DNA of 64,000 nt. Origin: Bacteroidales bacterium. GTDB lineage: Bacteria > Bacteroidota > Bacteroidia > Bacteroidales > WCHB1-69. Below are positions 16,637 to 25,783 of the stretch, piece after piece (the first letter of the stretch is position 1; each line of letters begins with the position of its first letter). The translations under genes were made by a program, and so were the position numbers. Below the pieces are notes generated by a model. That model was not told the DNA's origin. It ran no database searches and saw only the letters and a program-made list of their open reading frames with translations. The DNA is taken from the NCBI GenBank assembly GCA_017395245.1, contig JAFPVR010000091.1, positions 17,072 to 81,071 on the forward strand. Reading direction: 5' to 3'.

Positions 16637-17728
16637 ATGACAAGACAATTTCTGAATATCACCCAGCTCTCGGCCAACAAGGCCCGTATCGAAATCGACG
16701 GCACCATCGGCGGCTTCGACTGGGACACCTGGAAACGGAAGAACACCGGCGCCGGCATCCGGAAGCAGCTCAAGGAGATCGACAACCTGAAGGTTGACGA
16801 GATCGAGGTGCTCATCACCTCTTTGGGGGGCATCGTGGATGAAGCGTTGCAGATCCACGACGCGCTGAAATCGCATCCGGCCAAAATAACCACTATCGTG
16901 CAAGGTTACTGCGCCAGCTCGGCCACCATCATTGCCTGTGCCGGCGACCGTCGCATCATCTCCCCCAACGCTTTGTATCTCATCCACAAGTGTTGGAGCA
17001 ACGTTGGGTACGCCAACGAAAATGACCTGGAAGCGGAGTTAGACGATCAGCGCACCGTTAACGGCACGATCTTCAACATCTACAAAGGGGTGCTGAAGAA
17101 AGACGAGGCCGACCTCCGCGCCCTGTTCGAAGCCAACGACGGCGACGGCAAGTGGATCACCGCCGAGGATGCCCTGGCTTTTGGCTTCGCCACCGAGATC
17201 CAGGAATTCGAGAACGAGAACAAAAAAACGGCAAGTGGAATGGCGCGGTTCCTGAACCGCGCCCGCGTCCTCTTCCCGGTTGTGAACAATATCCCTAACT
17301 ATAACCAAAACCCCACCGACATGAAGAAATTCCTGATGAGTTTCGCCATGCTGGGCGCACTCCTTTGCATGAAGGAGGATGCCGAGTATGACGAAAAGGA
17401 AGGTCTGAAGCTCAATCCCGAGCAGCTGCAGACCGTGGAGGATGCCTTGAAGGCCTACGATGGCCTCAAGACGAAAGCCTCCAAGACAGAGAGCGATCTT
17501 CAAGGCGCGAAGGATGCCTTGGCCACCGCCGAGAAATCCGTCGCAGACAAAGACGCCCTCATTGCCACCCTCACCGCCGAGCGCGACGACTACAAGGCCA
17601 AGTACGAGAACGCCCCCGCCAATGTGCCGGGCGTGAACGGAAAGGATGTGGAGCTGGATGAACAATCCATCGAGGACTACGTCAACAACAGTCCTGTGTA
17701 TCAAGAAATTTTCAAAGAAAACTTCTAA
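16637..17728 (+). CDS. ClpP-like (S14) prohead protease fused to a coiled-coil scaffold-like C-terminal region
   Basis: VLITSLGGIVDEALQIHDAL...GYCASSATIIACAGD...LYLIHKCW. Confidence 0.8.
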   Translation: MTRQFLNITQLSANKARIEIDGTIGGFDWDTWKRKNTGAGIRKQLKEIDNLKVDEIEVLITSLGGIVDEALQIHDALKSHPAKITTIVQGYCASSATIIACAGDRRIISPNALYLIHKCWSNVGYANENDLEAELDDQRTVNGTIFNIYKGVLKKDEADLRALFEANDGDGKWITAEDALAFGFATEIQEFENENKKTASGMARFLNRARVLFPVVNNIPNYNQNPTDMKKFLMSFAMLGALLCMKEDAEYDEKEGLKLNPEQLQTVEDALKAYDGLKTKASKTESDLQGAKDALATAEKSVADKDALIATLTAERDDYKAKYENAPANVPGVNGKDVELDEQSIEDYVNNSPVYQEIFKENF

Positions 17729-17731
17729 GCC

Positions 17732-18826
17732 ATGCCCGAAACCAACATAAACACTGATCTTATCGTAGAAGAATACGGTCGGATCTATCAGCAGAGAGGT
17801 CAGGGGCTCGACCGCATCAAACGCGCCCTGATCCAAAAGTCCGAGACTCTTGAAAAATATGCCATCCACAAGAGAATCACCGACGACATCTATGAGATGG
17901 CCAACGACGAGTTCCAGCCGGTGCTCCAGCCGTTCCGTGTCCCCTTCGAACCGACCGGCGGTGTGAAGTTCTACCCGAACCCCATCGTGCTCCAGCACAT
18001 CAAGGTGGATCTCAAGATTTCCCCCGACCAAATCATCGACGGTTGGCTCGGCTTCCTTGAAGGCAAAGGGGTCGATCGTTCCCAGTGGCCCATCACCCGT
18101 TATATGGTCGAAGTCTATCTGAAGCAGCAGATTGACTACGACCGTGAGGTGAACGCCGTTTACTACGGCGAGCGCGACGACAACGGAACCTCTCCGTCTT
18201 CCTGCATGGACGGCATCCGCAAGAAGCTCATCTTGGGTGCGCAGGACGACTATCCCATCAACGTCATCGATGGTGTCGGTGCGCTTCAGCCGGACACCTG
18301 CTTCGACCAAGTGGAGAATTTCTCCAAGAAGATCAAAGCCATCTATCGCGGCGTTCCGATGATCATCTGCGTATCTCAGGAATACGAACGCGCCTTCCTC
18401 GAGAACAAGCGTGCCAACGGTTTCTACTGGCTGCACGGTCCCGAGGATCTCAACGCCTCCGTCGATTTCACCAAGCAGGTGGTCATGGGCCTTCCGTGCA
18501 TGGACGACAGCACGGACATGTTCGCGTTTGTCAGAGGCAACCTCATGTGGTTGACCCGCAAGGACAAGTTCAACTTCGACATCCAGAAAGAAGACCGCTA
18601 CGTCAAAATCCTCGGCGACTGGCGCGAGGGTATCGGCTTCGGCGTGAACAAGATGGTGTGGGCCACCAAAGAGACTGTCACGACAACGACCTCCGGCGAC
18701 GGCCAAGGTAGCGGTCAAGGTAACGGCCAAGGCAACGACCAAGGTAACGGCCAAGGCGACGACTCTGGCGAAACCCAAGGCGACGACTCTGGCGAAACCC
18801 AAGGCGACGACCAGAACAACGGCTAA
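17732..18826 (+). CDS. Putative major capsid protein with a G/Q/D/N-rich repetitive C-terminal tail
   Basis: Position immediately after the protease/scaffold gene. 364 aa. C-terminus SGDGQGSGQGNGQGNDQGNGQGDDSGETQGDDSGETQGDDQNNG. Confidence 0.6.
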   Translation: MPETNINTDLIVEEYGRIYQQRGQGLDRIKRALIQKSETLEKYAIHKRITDDIYEMANDEFQPVLQPFRVPFEPTGGVKFYPNPIVLQHIKVDLKISPDQIIDGWLGFLEGKGVDRSQWPITRYMVEVYLKQQIDYDREVNAVYYGERDDNGTSPSSCMDGIRKKLILGAQDDYPINVIDGVGALQPDTCFDQVENFSKKIKAIYRGVPMIICVSQEYERAFLENKRANGFYWLHGPEDLNASVDFTKQVVMGLPCMDDSTDMFAFVRGNLMWLTRKDKFNFDIQKEDRYVKILGDWREGIGFGVNKMVWATKETVTTTTSGDGQGSGQGNGQGNDQGNGQGDDSGETQGDDSGETQGDDQNNG

Positions 18827-18828
18827 GC

Positions 18829-18884
18829 ACAGGGAACGGGCGCGGGGTGATGGCATATCCGTTGCACCGCGCCGCCCTGTTTTC
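18829..18884 (+). terminator. GC-rich hairpin plus T-run after the capsid gene
   Basis: ACAGGGAACGGGCGCGG...CCGCGCCGCCCTGTTTT. Confidence 0.55.
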
Positions 18885-18922
18885 AATCATTCATTATTCA
18901 ATCACTTAAAAACTGAAAAATC

Positions 18923-19534
18923 ATGCCTGAAGAAAATACCAACCAGTGTCCCGCGTGCCTCGAAGACCTGGCACGTCCCACCACCTGTGAACAGGTCATG
19001 GGCGGTGTTGTAACCGAATTCCTGTTGGGCTTGAAGGAAGATGTGGCCACTTGGCCGAAAAAGAAGGACGCAGCCCTGCGTACCTCCATGGCCGACCATG
19101 TAGAAACTCAACCATCCTCGAAGCTCACCATGAAGCCCGGAAAACGCCTGTTCAAAATCAGCGCAAAGAAAGGGTCATCTGAACTCAAGTACGAGCTCCA
19201 AGGCGAGAGCGGTTCCAAATCGTACAAAGCCTCTTTGGAGAACAACATTCCCGGTCTCCGCGCAAAAGCGCTCGGACTGCTGGCCGCCGTTTCCAACCAG
19301 GAACTGGTGATTCTCCCCAAGACCAAATCTGGCGATGTCCATCTGCTCGGCGACGAGTCGGAGGGTGCGGAACTCGAATCCGCCAGCGCCGTTTCCGGCA
19401 AGACCGGCACAGACGCCAACGGCGCCGATGTGGTCTTCTCCACCGACGTGCCCGCCCCCACCATCTATATGGGCGACAACTGGGACGAGCTGCAGGTGCC
19501 CGCCGGCGAGTCCGATGACAACGACGGCGAATAG
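18923..19534 (+). CDS. Putative virion structural protein
   Basis: ORF in the late operon; acidic C-terminus. Confidence 0.4.
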   Translation: MPEENTNQCPACLEDLARPTTCEQVMGGVVTEFLLGLKEDVATWPKKKDAALRTSMADHVETQPSSKLTMKPGKRLFKISAKKGSSELKYELQGESGSKSYKASLENNIPGLRAKALGLLAAVSNQELVILPKTKSGDVHLLGDESEGAELESASAVSGKTGTDANGADVVFSTDVPAPTIYMGDNWDELQVPAGESDDNDGE

Positions 19535-19587
19535 CCACGTTTTTTTTCTCTCTCAACCATATTGGTAATAGTATTTCATTTGTTTGG

Positions 19588-19618
19588 AAAGAGCTTCCTC
19601 TCCCGGGAAGCTCTTTTT
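19588..19618 (+). terminator. Rho-independent terminator
   Basis: AAAGAGCTTCC-loop-GGAAGCTCTTT followed by TT. Confidence 0.6.
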
Positions 19619-19640
19619 CGAACGGCAATCAACTCCTGAC

Positions 19641-20507
19641 ATGAACGATATACAACAATGGCTCGACAATCCCGGCCACGACTACTCCGCCGGCGTCACC
19701 CTCTTCGCCCGTTACAGCAAGAACAGGGCGCTGGTGCGCTATTTCCAATCCGGAACCGCCCGGTTCCGGATGGGGAAACTGGTTTACGAGATGGGGAAAC
19801 TGGTGAAGACGACACCATCGGCGAAACGCATCGTAGAGACGCAAAATTTTGCGTCTCTACAACCACAGCAATCGGAACGGCCTCGTGTAACATCCGAGGT
19901 TACTTCCGAGGTTACTTCCGAGGTTACTTCCGAGGTTACTTCCGAGGTTTCTCTTCCGAGGTTTATCCTCGATGCCAAGAAGGAGGTGGCCTCCCTCTAC
20001 ACCCTCATCGACAAACGGCACCGGGAACTGTACGACCTGGGCACCTCCAATGCCGATGACGTGGTGCGCAAACGGAAGAAGATCCTCGACGGGCGCAAGC
20101 CCGCCATCGATCGTGCCGACCGCCTCTACCGACTGAAGGAGGCGTGGATCAAGCTGGAAGACGGCCCCGCCCGGGAACGGGTGGCCAGCGATATCCGGGA
20201 GTTGCTGGCCGCACCATGGAAGGAGCAGCCGACGATGGTCGCACCCGTAGAGACGCGCCATGGCACGTCTCTACGATCCGACGTGTCCGGGTTGTCCGAC
20301 CTTAACCTCACCAATCGCCGCTCCGCCCTCCGTTCCTCCATCACCAAGGCTCAGAACATGCTGCAGTACCAGACCATCCGCAAGGGAGACTCCCCTACCC
20401 CGATGCCGCCCGGACCGAAACGCGACGAGTATGAACGGAAACTGGCCGCGCTGAAGGCGGAGCTGACAGCCGTGTGTGACGAGCTGGAAAGGAGGAAACC
20501 GGCATGA
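19641..20507 (+). CDS. Hypothetical protein carrying two REP palindromes and two tandem repeats in frame
   Basis: ATG at 19641. The peptide contains IVETQNFASLQ, (TSEV)x5 and PVETRHGTSLR. Confidence 0.5.
   Translation: MNDIQQWLDNPGHDYSAGVTLFARYSKNRALVRYFQSGTARFRMGKLVYEMGKLVKTTPSAKRIVETQNFASLQPQQSERPRVTSEVTSEVTSEVTSEVTSEVSLPRFILDAKKEVASLYTLIDKRHRELYDLGTSNADDVVRKRKKILDGRKPAIDRADRLYRLKEAWIKLEDGPARERVASDIRELLAAPWKEQPTMVAPVETRHGTSLRSDVSGLSDLNLTNRRSALRSSITKAQNMLQYQTIRKGDSPTPMPPGPKRDEYERKLAALKAELTAVCDELERRKPA
19833..19860. repeat. REP-like palindrome copy 3 (perfect 28-bp GTAGAGACGCAAAATTTTGCGTCTCTAC)
   Basis: Read directly in the sequence; lies inside a CDS. Confidence 0.9.
19893..19966. repeat. 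12-bp tandem repeat (TCCGAGGTTACT) x5-6
   Basis: Encodes the TSEV repeats. Confidence 0.9.
20247..20274. repeat. REP-like palindrome copy 4 (GTAGAGACGCGCCATGGCACGTCTCTAC)
   Basis: Inside a CDS. It is the reverse complement of copy 5. Confidence 0.9.
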
Positions 20508-21103
20508 GTGCGACCCGTGTGCCAGTGCCATTCCGCGACCGGCAGCGTGATGACGACCTCACGGTCTATGAGGAAGTTTCCTTGGCCGTGGCCGACGGCA
20601 GAAGCGAGCAGCTGAACGAACGGCAGCAGGCGGTCCTGGAGCGCACCAAGGCCGCCTACCGCATTATCTGCGACCTGCCCGACAAACGGAAGGCCGTGAA
20701 CAAACTGAAAGAGCTCTATCCGGAGTTGAGCGAGATGACGCTGTATCGCGACATCAACTACGCCATCCGCATCTGGAACCCGATGAACCGCATGGACCGG
20801 GATTTCCTCACCACCGCATTCCTCAACAAGCTCATCTCGGAAGTCTACAACGATGGATGCGACGCGGCCACCCGCGCCAAGAACCTGGCCACCTTCGAAC
20901 GCTACCTTTCCAACATGCCACAAGACCCGATGGATCCCACCATCATGGAGAAGCACACCATCAACATCCAGCTCAACATCAACGGCAGCACCATCACCGT
21001 GCCCGCCGACAAATGGGCGAAGATCAAAGAAAACAAACTCATCGCCGCCGCTTTGGATCAGGAGATCAGCGAGGCGCAGGCTGCGGATATTATGGAAAGT
21101 TAA
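20504..21103 (+). CDS. Possible terminase small subunit
   Basis: Assigned only by its position directly upstream of TerL, with a coupled start. Confidence 0.35.
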   Translation: MSATRVPVPFRDRQRDDDLTVYEEVSLAVADGRSEQLNERQQAVLERTKAAYRIICDLPDKRKAVNKLKELYPELSEMTLYRDINYAIRIWNPMNRMDRDFLTTAFLNKLISEVYNDGCDAATRAKNLATFERYLSNMPQDPMDPTIMEKHTINIQLNINGSTITVPADKWAKIKENKLIAAALDQEISEAQAADIMES

Positions 21104-21106
21104 TCT

Positions 21107-22825
21107 ATGAACCTCTCCGTTTCCGCCACCAAATCCCAAATCCTTGGGCTGATGCTCTGCCCCAAGTACCACGTCTCCGTCGAGGGGCGCGGTACCGGCA
21201 AGAGCTTCGACATCGGCTTCACCATGGATAAGATCGTGCGGGCGATGCCCCGGTCGATCACGTCCATCACCGGCAAGACTTACGGCCAGCTGCTCACCAA
21301 CACCCTGCCGTCGTCACTCAAGCTGCTCGGCAAGATGGGCTACGTGAAGGACGGCAACTTCGTAGTGTGCAAACGTCCGCCCTCTTGGTTCAAGAGCCCC
21401 TACGAGCAGATCAACCGCTACGACAACATCATCAGCTTCAGCAATGGTGCCTGCTTCGCTCTGGTGAGCCAGAGCGAGAAAGGCAGCGGCCGTGGTAAGA
21501 ACATCGACTTCGAGATCATGGACGAAGCCCTTACCATCAACAAGGAGCAGTACGACTACGAGGTGTCGCCCGCCAACCGTGGCAACAACGAGTATTTCGG
21601 TCCCCGCAGCGCCAACCCGGTGAGCTTCCACCACGGCTTCAAGTACTCCACCTCCATGCCGCCCACCAAGGCCGGCCGCTGGATCCTGGACTACGCCAAA
21701 TACTACGAAGAGGAAAAGGGCATCAACCTGTTCAGCGTGTGGAACCGCATCGTGAAGATGCAGATCGAGCTGCTGAAGCTGACGGATCCGCGTCAGTTCG
21801 CCGATGCCTGGAACGAGATCATCCGCCTCAAGCACAAGATACAGCCGTTCCTCAGTCGGGAAGGACTGCTGTTCACCTGCAGCAACGCTTTCGACAATCT
21901 GGAGAACCTCGGTCTATCCTACATCCGGCGGGAGTACCAGAAGCAACCCTACCTCACCTTCCTCATCGAGGTGATGAACTACCTGTTCGACAAAGTGGAG
22001 GACTGCTTCTACAGCATCAACGAGGAAAAGCAGATCTACTATGCTTCCGACCAAAGCAAGATGATTATGGAAATGGCCAGGGAGACCAACTTCGACTACA
22101 AGCCGGAAGATATCCTTGGTTCCTCGATATACGACCGCGACTGCAACCCGTCCGTTCCCTTGGAGATTGTACCGGACTGGGGCTCGGCCATCTGTCTCTT
22201 CAGTGTGAGCCAGACCCGGAACTTCGACTTCGTGTCCGGACTGACCACCCAGCAGGAAGTCCACAACATCATCAACGAGTTCTTTGTGAAGCCCGACGGA
22301 AACAGCAACGTGCTCATCAAGGAGCTGTGCGCCAAGTTTAGCGATCACTACCGCAAGCACACCAACCGCGAGCTGCACTACTACAAAGACAAATACGGCG
22401 ACAGCCGCAACCCCAACATCGTGAAGTCGAAGACCTACAACCAGCTGGCCATAGAGTACCTGACCGCTGCGGGTTGGACGGTGATCGAGCACGAGCACCC
22501 GGGCATGGAACCGCCGCAGAGTGACAAGTACGTGCTCATCAACAGCATCCTGAAGGAGGACAATCCGGATTTGCCGCTCTTCCGCATCAACGGCACGCGC
22601 TGCCACTTCACCCTCATCTCAATGAACAACGCGATGGTGAAGGAGTACGACGGCCAGCTGAAGAAAGACAAGAGCAGCGAACGCAAGGGCAGCGGCGTCC
22701 TCCCAGAGGAGGCCACCCACTTCTCTGATGCTGTCGATAAGGTCCTGTGGACCAAGTACGGCATCCTCGTCAAGCGCGACGGCGGCGACTTCGTTCCGGT
22801 GCGGATCGGCGGGAGGGTGCTGTAG
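21107..22825 (+). CDS. Terminase large subunit
   Basis: Walker A-like VEGRGTGKSF and Walker B NIDFEIMDEA. 572 aa. Confidence 0.75.
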   Translation: MNLSVSATKSQILGLMLCPKYHVSVEGRGTGKSFDIGFTMDKIVRAMPRSITSITGKTYGQLLTNTLPSSLKLLGKMGYVKDGNFVVCKRPPSWFKSPYEQINRYDNIISFSNGACFALVSQSEKGSGRGKNIDFEIMDEALTINKEQYDYEVSPANRGNNEYFGPRSANPVSFHHGFKYSTSMPPTKAGRWILDYAKYYEEEKGINLFSVWNRIVKMQIELLKLTDPRQFADAWNEIIRLKHKIQPFLSREGLLFTCSNAFDNLENLGLSYIRREYQKQPYLTFLIEVMNYLFDKVEDCFYSINEEKQIYYASDQSKMIMEMARETNFDYKPEDILGSSIYDRDCNPSVPLEIVPDWGSAICLFSVSQTRNFDFVSGLTTQQEVHNIINEFFVKPDGNSNVLIKELCAKFSDHYRKHTNRELHYYKDKYGDSRNPNIVKSKTYNQLAIEYLTAAGWTVIEHEHPGMEPPQSDKYVLINSILKEDNPDLPLFRINGTRCHFTLISMNNAMVKEYDGQLKKDKSSERKGSGVLPEEATHFSDAVDKVLWTKYGILVKRDGGDFVPVRIGGRVL

Positions 22826-22865
22826 AATCCGCAAATTTGCGCCTGTACAAAATTCCATATTGATT

Positions 22866-22916
22866 ATCAGCGTCTTGCATTGTCCCAACGGGTTTCTTCG
22901 TGTGGTTGTACTTTTG
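22866..22916 (+). promoter_or_regulatory. Phage promoter motif copy 2 (ATCAGCGTCTTGCATTGTCCCAAC-N19-TACTTTTG)
   Basis: See copy 1. Confidence 0.55.
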
Positions 22917-22944
22917 CCGCAAAAAACTACACGAAGCGACAAAT

Positions 22945-23568
22945 ATGACAAACGATGCGTTGAACCTCGGACTGCTGCCGGTGGATGAAACCGGTGCTTA
23001 CAACCTGCCAGTGGTGGGTACTGATGCCGTGCCAACTGCAGACAGCCTCATTCCGTTCAACCGGGCGAAGACCTGCCTGAGACGGGATGTGGGCGTACAC
23101 TTCTTCATCGATGACTACCAGTTCGAGCGGGTGTGGAAATCTCCGCAGCTCTATGTGGAGATGCTGAAGCGGTACCGTTTTGTCTGCGCCCCGGATTTCA
23201 GTCTCTACTTGGACATGCCGATGGCGGCCAAGATTTGGAACGTCTATCGCAGCCGCCTTATCACTGCCTACTGGCAGAAGCAGGGGGTGAAGGTGGTGCC
23301 CGTGTTGCAGTGGGCGGATCCTGCCACGTGGGAGTTCTGCTTTAAGGGCGTTACGCCAGGTGGAACGGTGGCTGTGAGCACATTAGGTGCGGCTCGCAAC
23401 AAACTGACCAAACAGATCTGGAAATCGGGGATGTCGGAGGCCATCCAGAAACTGCGTCCTGCCGCCATACTCCTGTATGGCAGACCTATCAACTTCAATT
23501 TTGGAAATATCCATGTTGTATGTTACACTAACGAGGTGTTGGAAAGGAGGTCTGGTCATGGGCGGTAG
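22945..23568 (+). CDS. DUF4417-like protein
   Basis: VHFFIDDYQFERVWKSPQLYVEMLKRYRFVCAPDFSLYLDMPMAAKIWNVYRSRLITAYWQKQGVKVVP. Confidence 0.6.
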   Translation: MTNDALNLGLLPVDETGAYNLPVVGTDAVPTADSLIPFNRAKTCLRRDVGVHFFIDDYQFERVWKSPQLYVEMLKRYRFVCAPDFSLYLDMPMAAKIWNVYRSRLITAYWQKQGVKVVPVLQWADPATWEFCFKGVTPGGTVAVSTLGAARNKLTKQIWKSGMSEAIQKLRPAAILLYGRPINFNFGNIHVVCYTNEVLERRSGHGR

Positions 23569-24034
23569 AGGTGGATATTTGGGCGGGTCGAGTTCTGGTA
23601 CAGGAGACTCTTCAATTGGCTTCAAAAAGACATACGAAAGTGATAACGGAGGCACCGTTTATACGGAAAAATCAAGAATTGAGCAATCCAATATAAACAA
23701 GCAGGAAAAAGCCAAATATGAAAAGGAGCATGATATGTGCAAACATTTGGCTGACAATGGGCATGATATAGTTCATCTTGATGACAGAAATCTATCGGAA
23801 GGCTCATACGATATATTGCTCGATGGAGAAAAGGCGGAGTTGAAGAGTATGAAAGGTACAACGAATATAGGCAGGGAAGGCAAAGATGCTATACGTAAAC
23901 AAAAGGCCGATTTTGTAGTGTTTAAATTCGAGAGCTTTTCTGCAAAAACAAATAGAGAAATCGAAAAATTAGTAAAGAACAACATACATGGATGCTATTA
24001 TGTTGAGGGGCAAAAAGGATTGGAATGGTTTTAA
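23558..24034 (+). CDS. Putative PD-(D/E)XK-like nuclease with a Gly-rich N-terminus (low GC)
   Basis: ...HDIVHLDD...YDILLDGEKAELKS... fits a D-x(n)-E-x-K arrangement. GGAAAGGAGG lies upstream of the ATG. Confidence 0.35.
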   Translation: MGGRGGYLGGSSSGTGDSSIGFKKTYESDNGGTVYTEKSRIEQSNINKQEKAKYEKEHDMCKHLADNGHDIVHLDDRNLSEGSYDILLDGEKAELKSMKGTTNIGREGKDAIRKQKADFVVFKFESFSAKTNREIEKLVKNNIHGCYYVEGQKGLEWF

Positions 24035-24162
24035 AATCAAGAAATCCCTGCTACAGCAAGGATTCCAGGGTGGTCCTTCCCCCGCTCAAGGCGAGTTGTA
24101 ATGAACCCTTCCGCGAAAACGGAATCGCGGCAAAAATACAAAAATTCTGAAAACCAATAAAT

Positions 24163-24546
24163 ATGGAATTGGAAATCGAACTAAAAAGCAAATACATGAA
24201 TCGCTTCAAACAGGAGTTTAACCGTGCCTGCCTGCAAATAGGGATTCCAGCATTGAGCGAGGATACCTGTGCCAAAATATTGGCGGTGGTATATCTCCAC
24301 GACAACGAGCAGTTCGCGTTCAGCGGCGCATTTGCTGCTGATATGGAGTACATTCAGAACCGCTATCACATACATGGCGCTGGAACACCGGAGGCCGACT
24401 TTGTGGACAAGGTGGTGCGTTACATCCACGAGCTGGAGGAATATGCCAGAACGCATGTGGAGGAATCCACGCAAAACGGTCTGTTCCCTGCCAAGCCACA
24501 ATGGGCAATCGAGATGTTTAGAAATATGTACGGAATAAGAATATAA
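24163..24546 (+). CDS. Hypothetical protein (low-GC island)
   Basis: ORF only. Confidence 0.45.
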   Translation: MELEIELKSKYMNRFKQEFNRACLQIGIPALSEDTCAKILAVVYLHDNEQFAFSGAFAADMEYIQNRYHIHGAGTPEADFVDKVVRYIHELEEYARTHVEESTQNGLFPAKPQWAIEMFRNMYGIRI

Positions 24547-24549
24547 GTC

Positions 24550-24900
24550 ATGGGCAGGAAAGAATACTCTTCGTGGTTTCGATGGACAGAGGAACGCTTG
24601 CGTTTTCTATATGAAAACTTTGCCAGTAATTCCAACCAAAGCATCGCGGACGCACTAGGCTGCAAAAAAAAATGCGTCATCGATAAGGCTCACAAATTGA
24701 GGTTGAAAAAGGACAATGATTATTTAGTCATGGCTCATGCACATGCTGGAATCCGTTATGGAATAAAGGGATGTAATCTTTCGGAAGATGCATTGTCCAG
24801 AAGAAAACAAACCAGGCAGAAAACCGTACATATTGAAAAAATAAGATTAAAATACGGTATTCATCAAAGGACAAATCTCAAATTAAAAAACATTTACTGA
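24550..24900 (+). CDS. Putative HTH DNA-binding protein (low-GC island)
   Basis: WTEERLRFLYENFASNSNQSIADALGCKKKCVIDKAHKLRL looks like a Myb/GcrA-type HTH. Confidence 0.4.
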   Translation: MGRKEYSSWFRWTEERLRFLYENFASNSNQSIADALGCKKKCVIDKAHKLRLKKDNDYLVMAHAHAGIRYGIKGCNLSEDALSRRKQTRQKTVHIEKIRLKYGIHQRTNLKLKNIY

Positions 24901-24901
24901 T

Positions 24902-25783
24902 ATGATTTACGGATATTTGCGTGTGTCGTCCGACGAGCAGGACGTAAACAGCCAGAAGCAGGGCGTTGAGGCTTTCGCGAAGGAGCATGGATGGACTATT
25001 GACGAATACATCTCTGATGAAGGCGTTAGCGGTGGCAAAGATCCCGACAAACGGAATCTCGGTCCGTTGCTGAAGAAATTGAAAAACAATGATGTTCTTA
25101 TTGCAGCAGAGATCAGCCGTTTGGGTCGTGACCTGTACATGGTAATGGACATCCTGCACTTCTGCATGGAGCGCGGCTGTGTAATCCACACTGTCAAAGA
25201 TCGATTCACATTGGGGGATGATATCCAGAGCAAAGTACTTGCTTTTGCTTTCGGATTGGCCGCTGAGATTGAACGTCAGATGATTCGTCAACGCACTCGT
25301 GAAGGTTTGAGATTAAGAATGAAAATGGGAGTACTGTTAGGTCGTCCTATTGGTTCTCCGAACAGTTTGGAAGCACAAAAATACGGTGAATGGAAGGACA
25401 AACTTAAACAAATGGTGGAATGGCAGATGGGACCGAGGCAAATAGCTAATGTTATTGGGTGTGACAGGAACACGGTGAACCGTCTTGTTGAAAGATGGGG
25501 TTACGACGAGCTGTGGAAATATAGAGCCAATTATGCCAAAAACGAAAAAGAGTATAGGGCTAAGCACCGTGTTCCAACGTACAAAGACGAACCTTATAAG
25601 ATAGTGCCGTTAGACCGAAAAAAGACAATTACTTGCATAGAAGCAGGCTTAACATTGCCGCAAATCGCAGAGCAAATGCCTGAGTTCTCGTATGAGCAGG
25701 TATATGATACGGTTCTTTGTGACAGTGAATTAAACACTCTCTATCGCCAGCACGCTCAAAAGAAGCTGGTGAAGAAGAAGTAA
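24902..25783 (+). CDS. Serine recombinase (resolvase/invertase family) with an extended C-terminus
   Basis: MIYGYLRVSSDEQ (catalytic Ser), ...ISRLGRD..., ...ERQMIRQRTREGL..., and HTH RQIANVIGCDRNTVNRL. Confidence 0.85.
   Translation: MIYGYLRVSSDEQDVNSQKQGVEAFAKEHGWTIDEYISDEGVSGGKDPDKRNLGPLLKKLKNNDVLIAAEISRLGRDLYMVMDILHFCMERGCVIHTVKDRFTLGDDIQSKVLAFAFGLAAEIERQMIRQRTREGLRLRMKMGVLLGRPIGSPNSLEAQKYGEWKDKLKQMVEWQMGPRQIANVIGCDRNTVNRLVERWGYDELWKYRANYAKNEKEYRAKHRVPTYKDEPYKIVPLDRKKTITCIEAGLTLPQIAEQMPEFSYEQVYDTVLCDSELNTLYRQHAQKKLVKKK

Noticed and set aside
17039-18886. 615-aa minus-strand ORF
   Set aside because: It is antisense to the protease and capsid genes. Its composition is repetitive and Val/Gly/Leu/Asp-rich with no motifs, so it is a shadow ORF.
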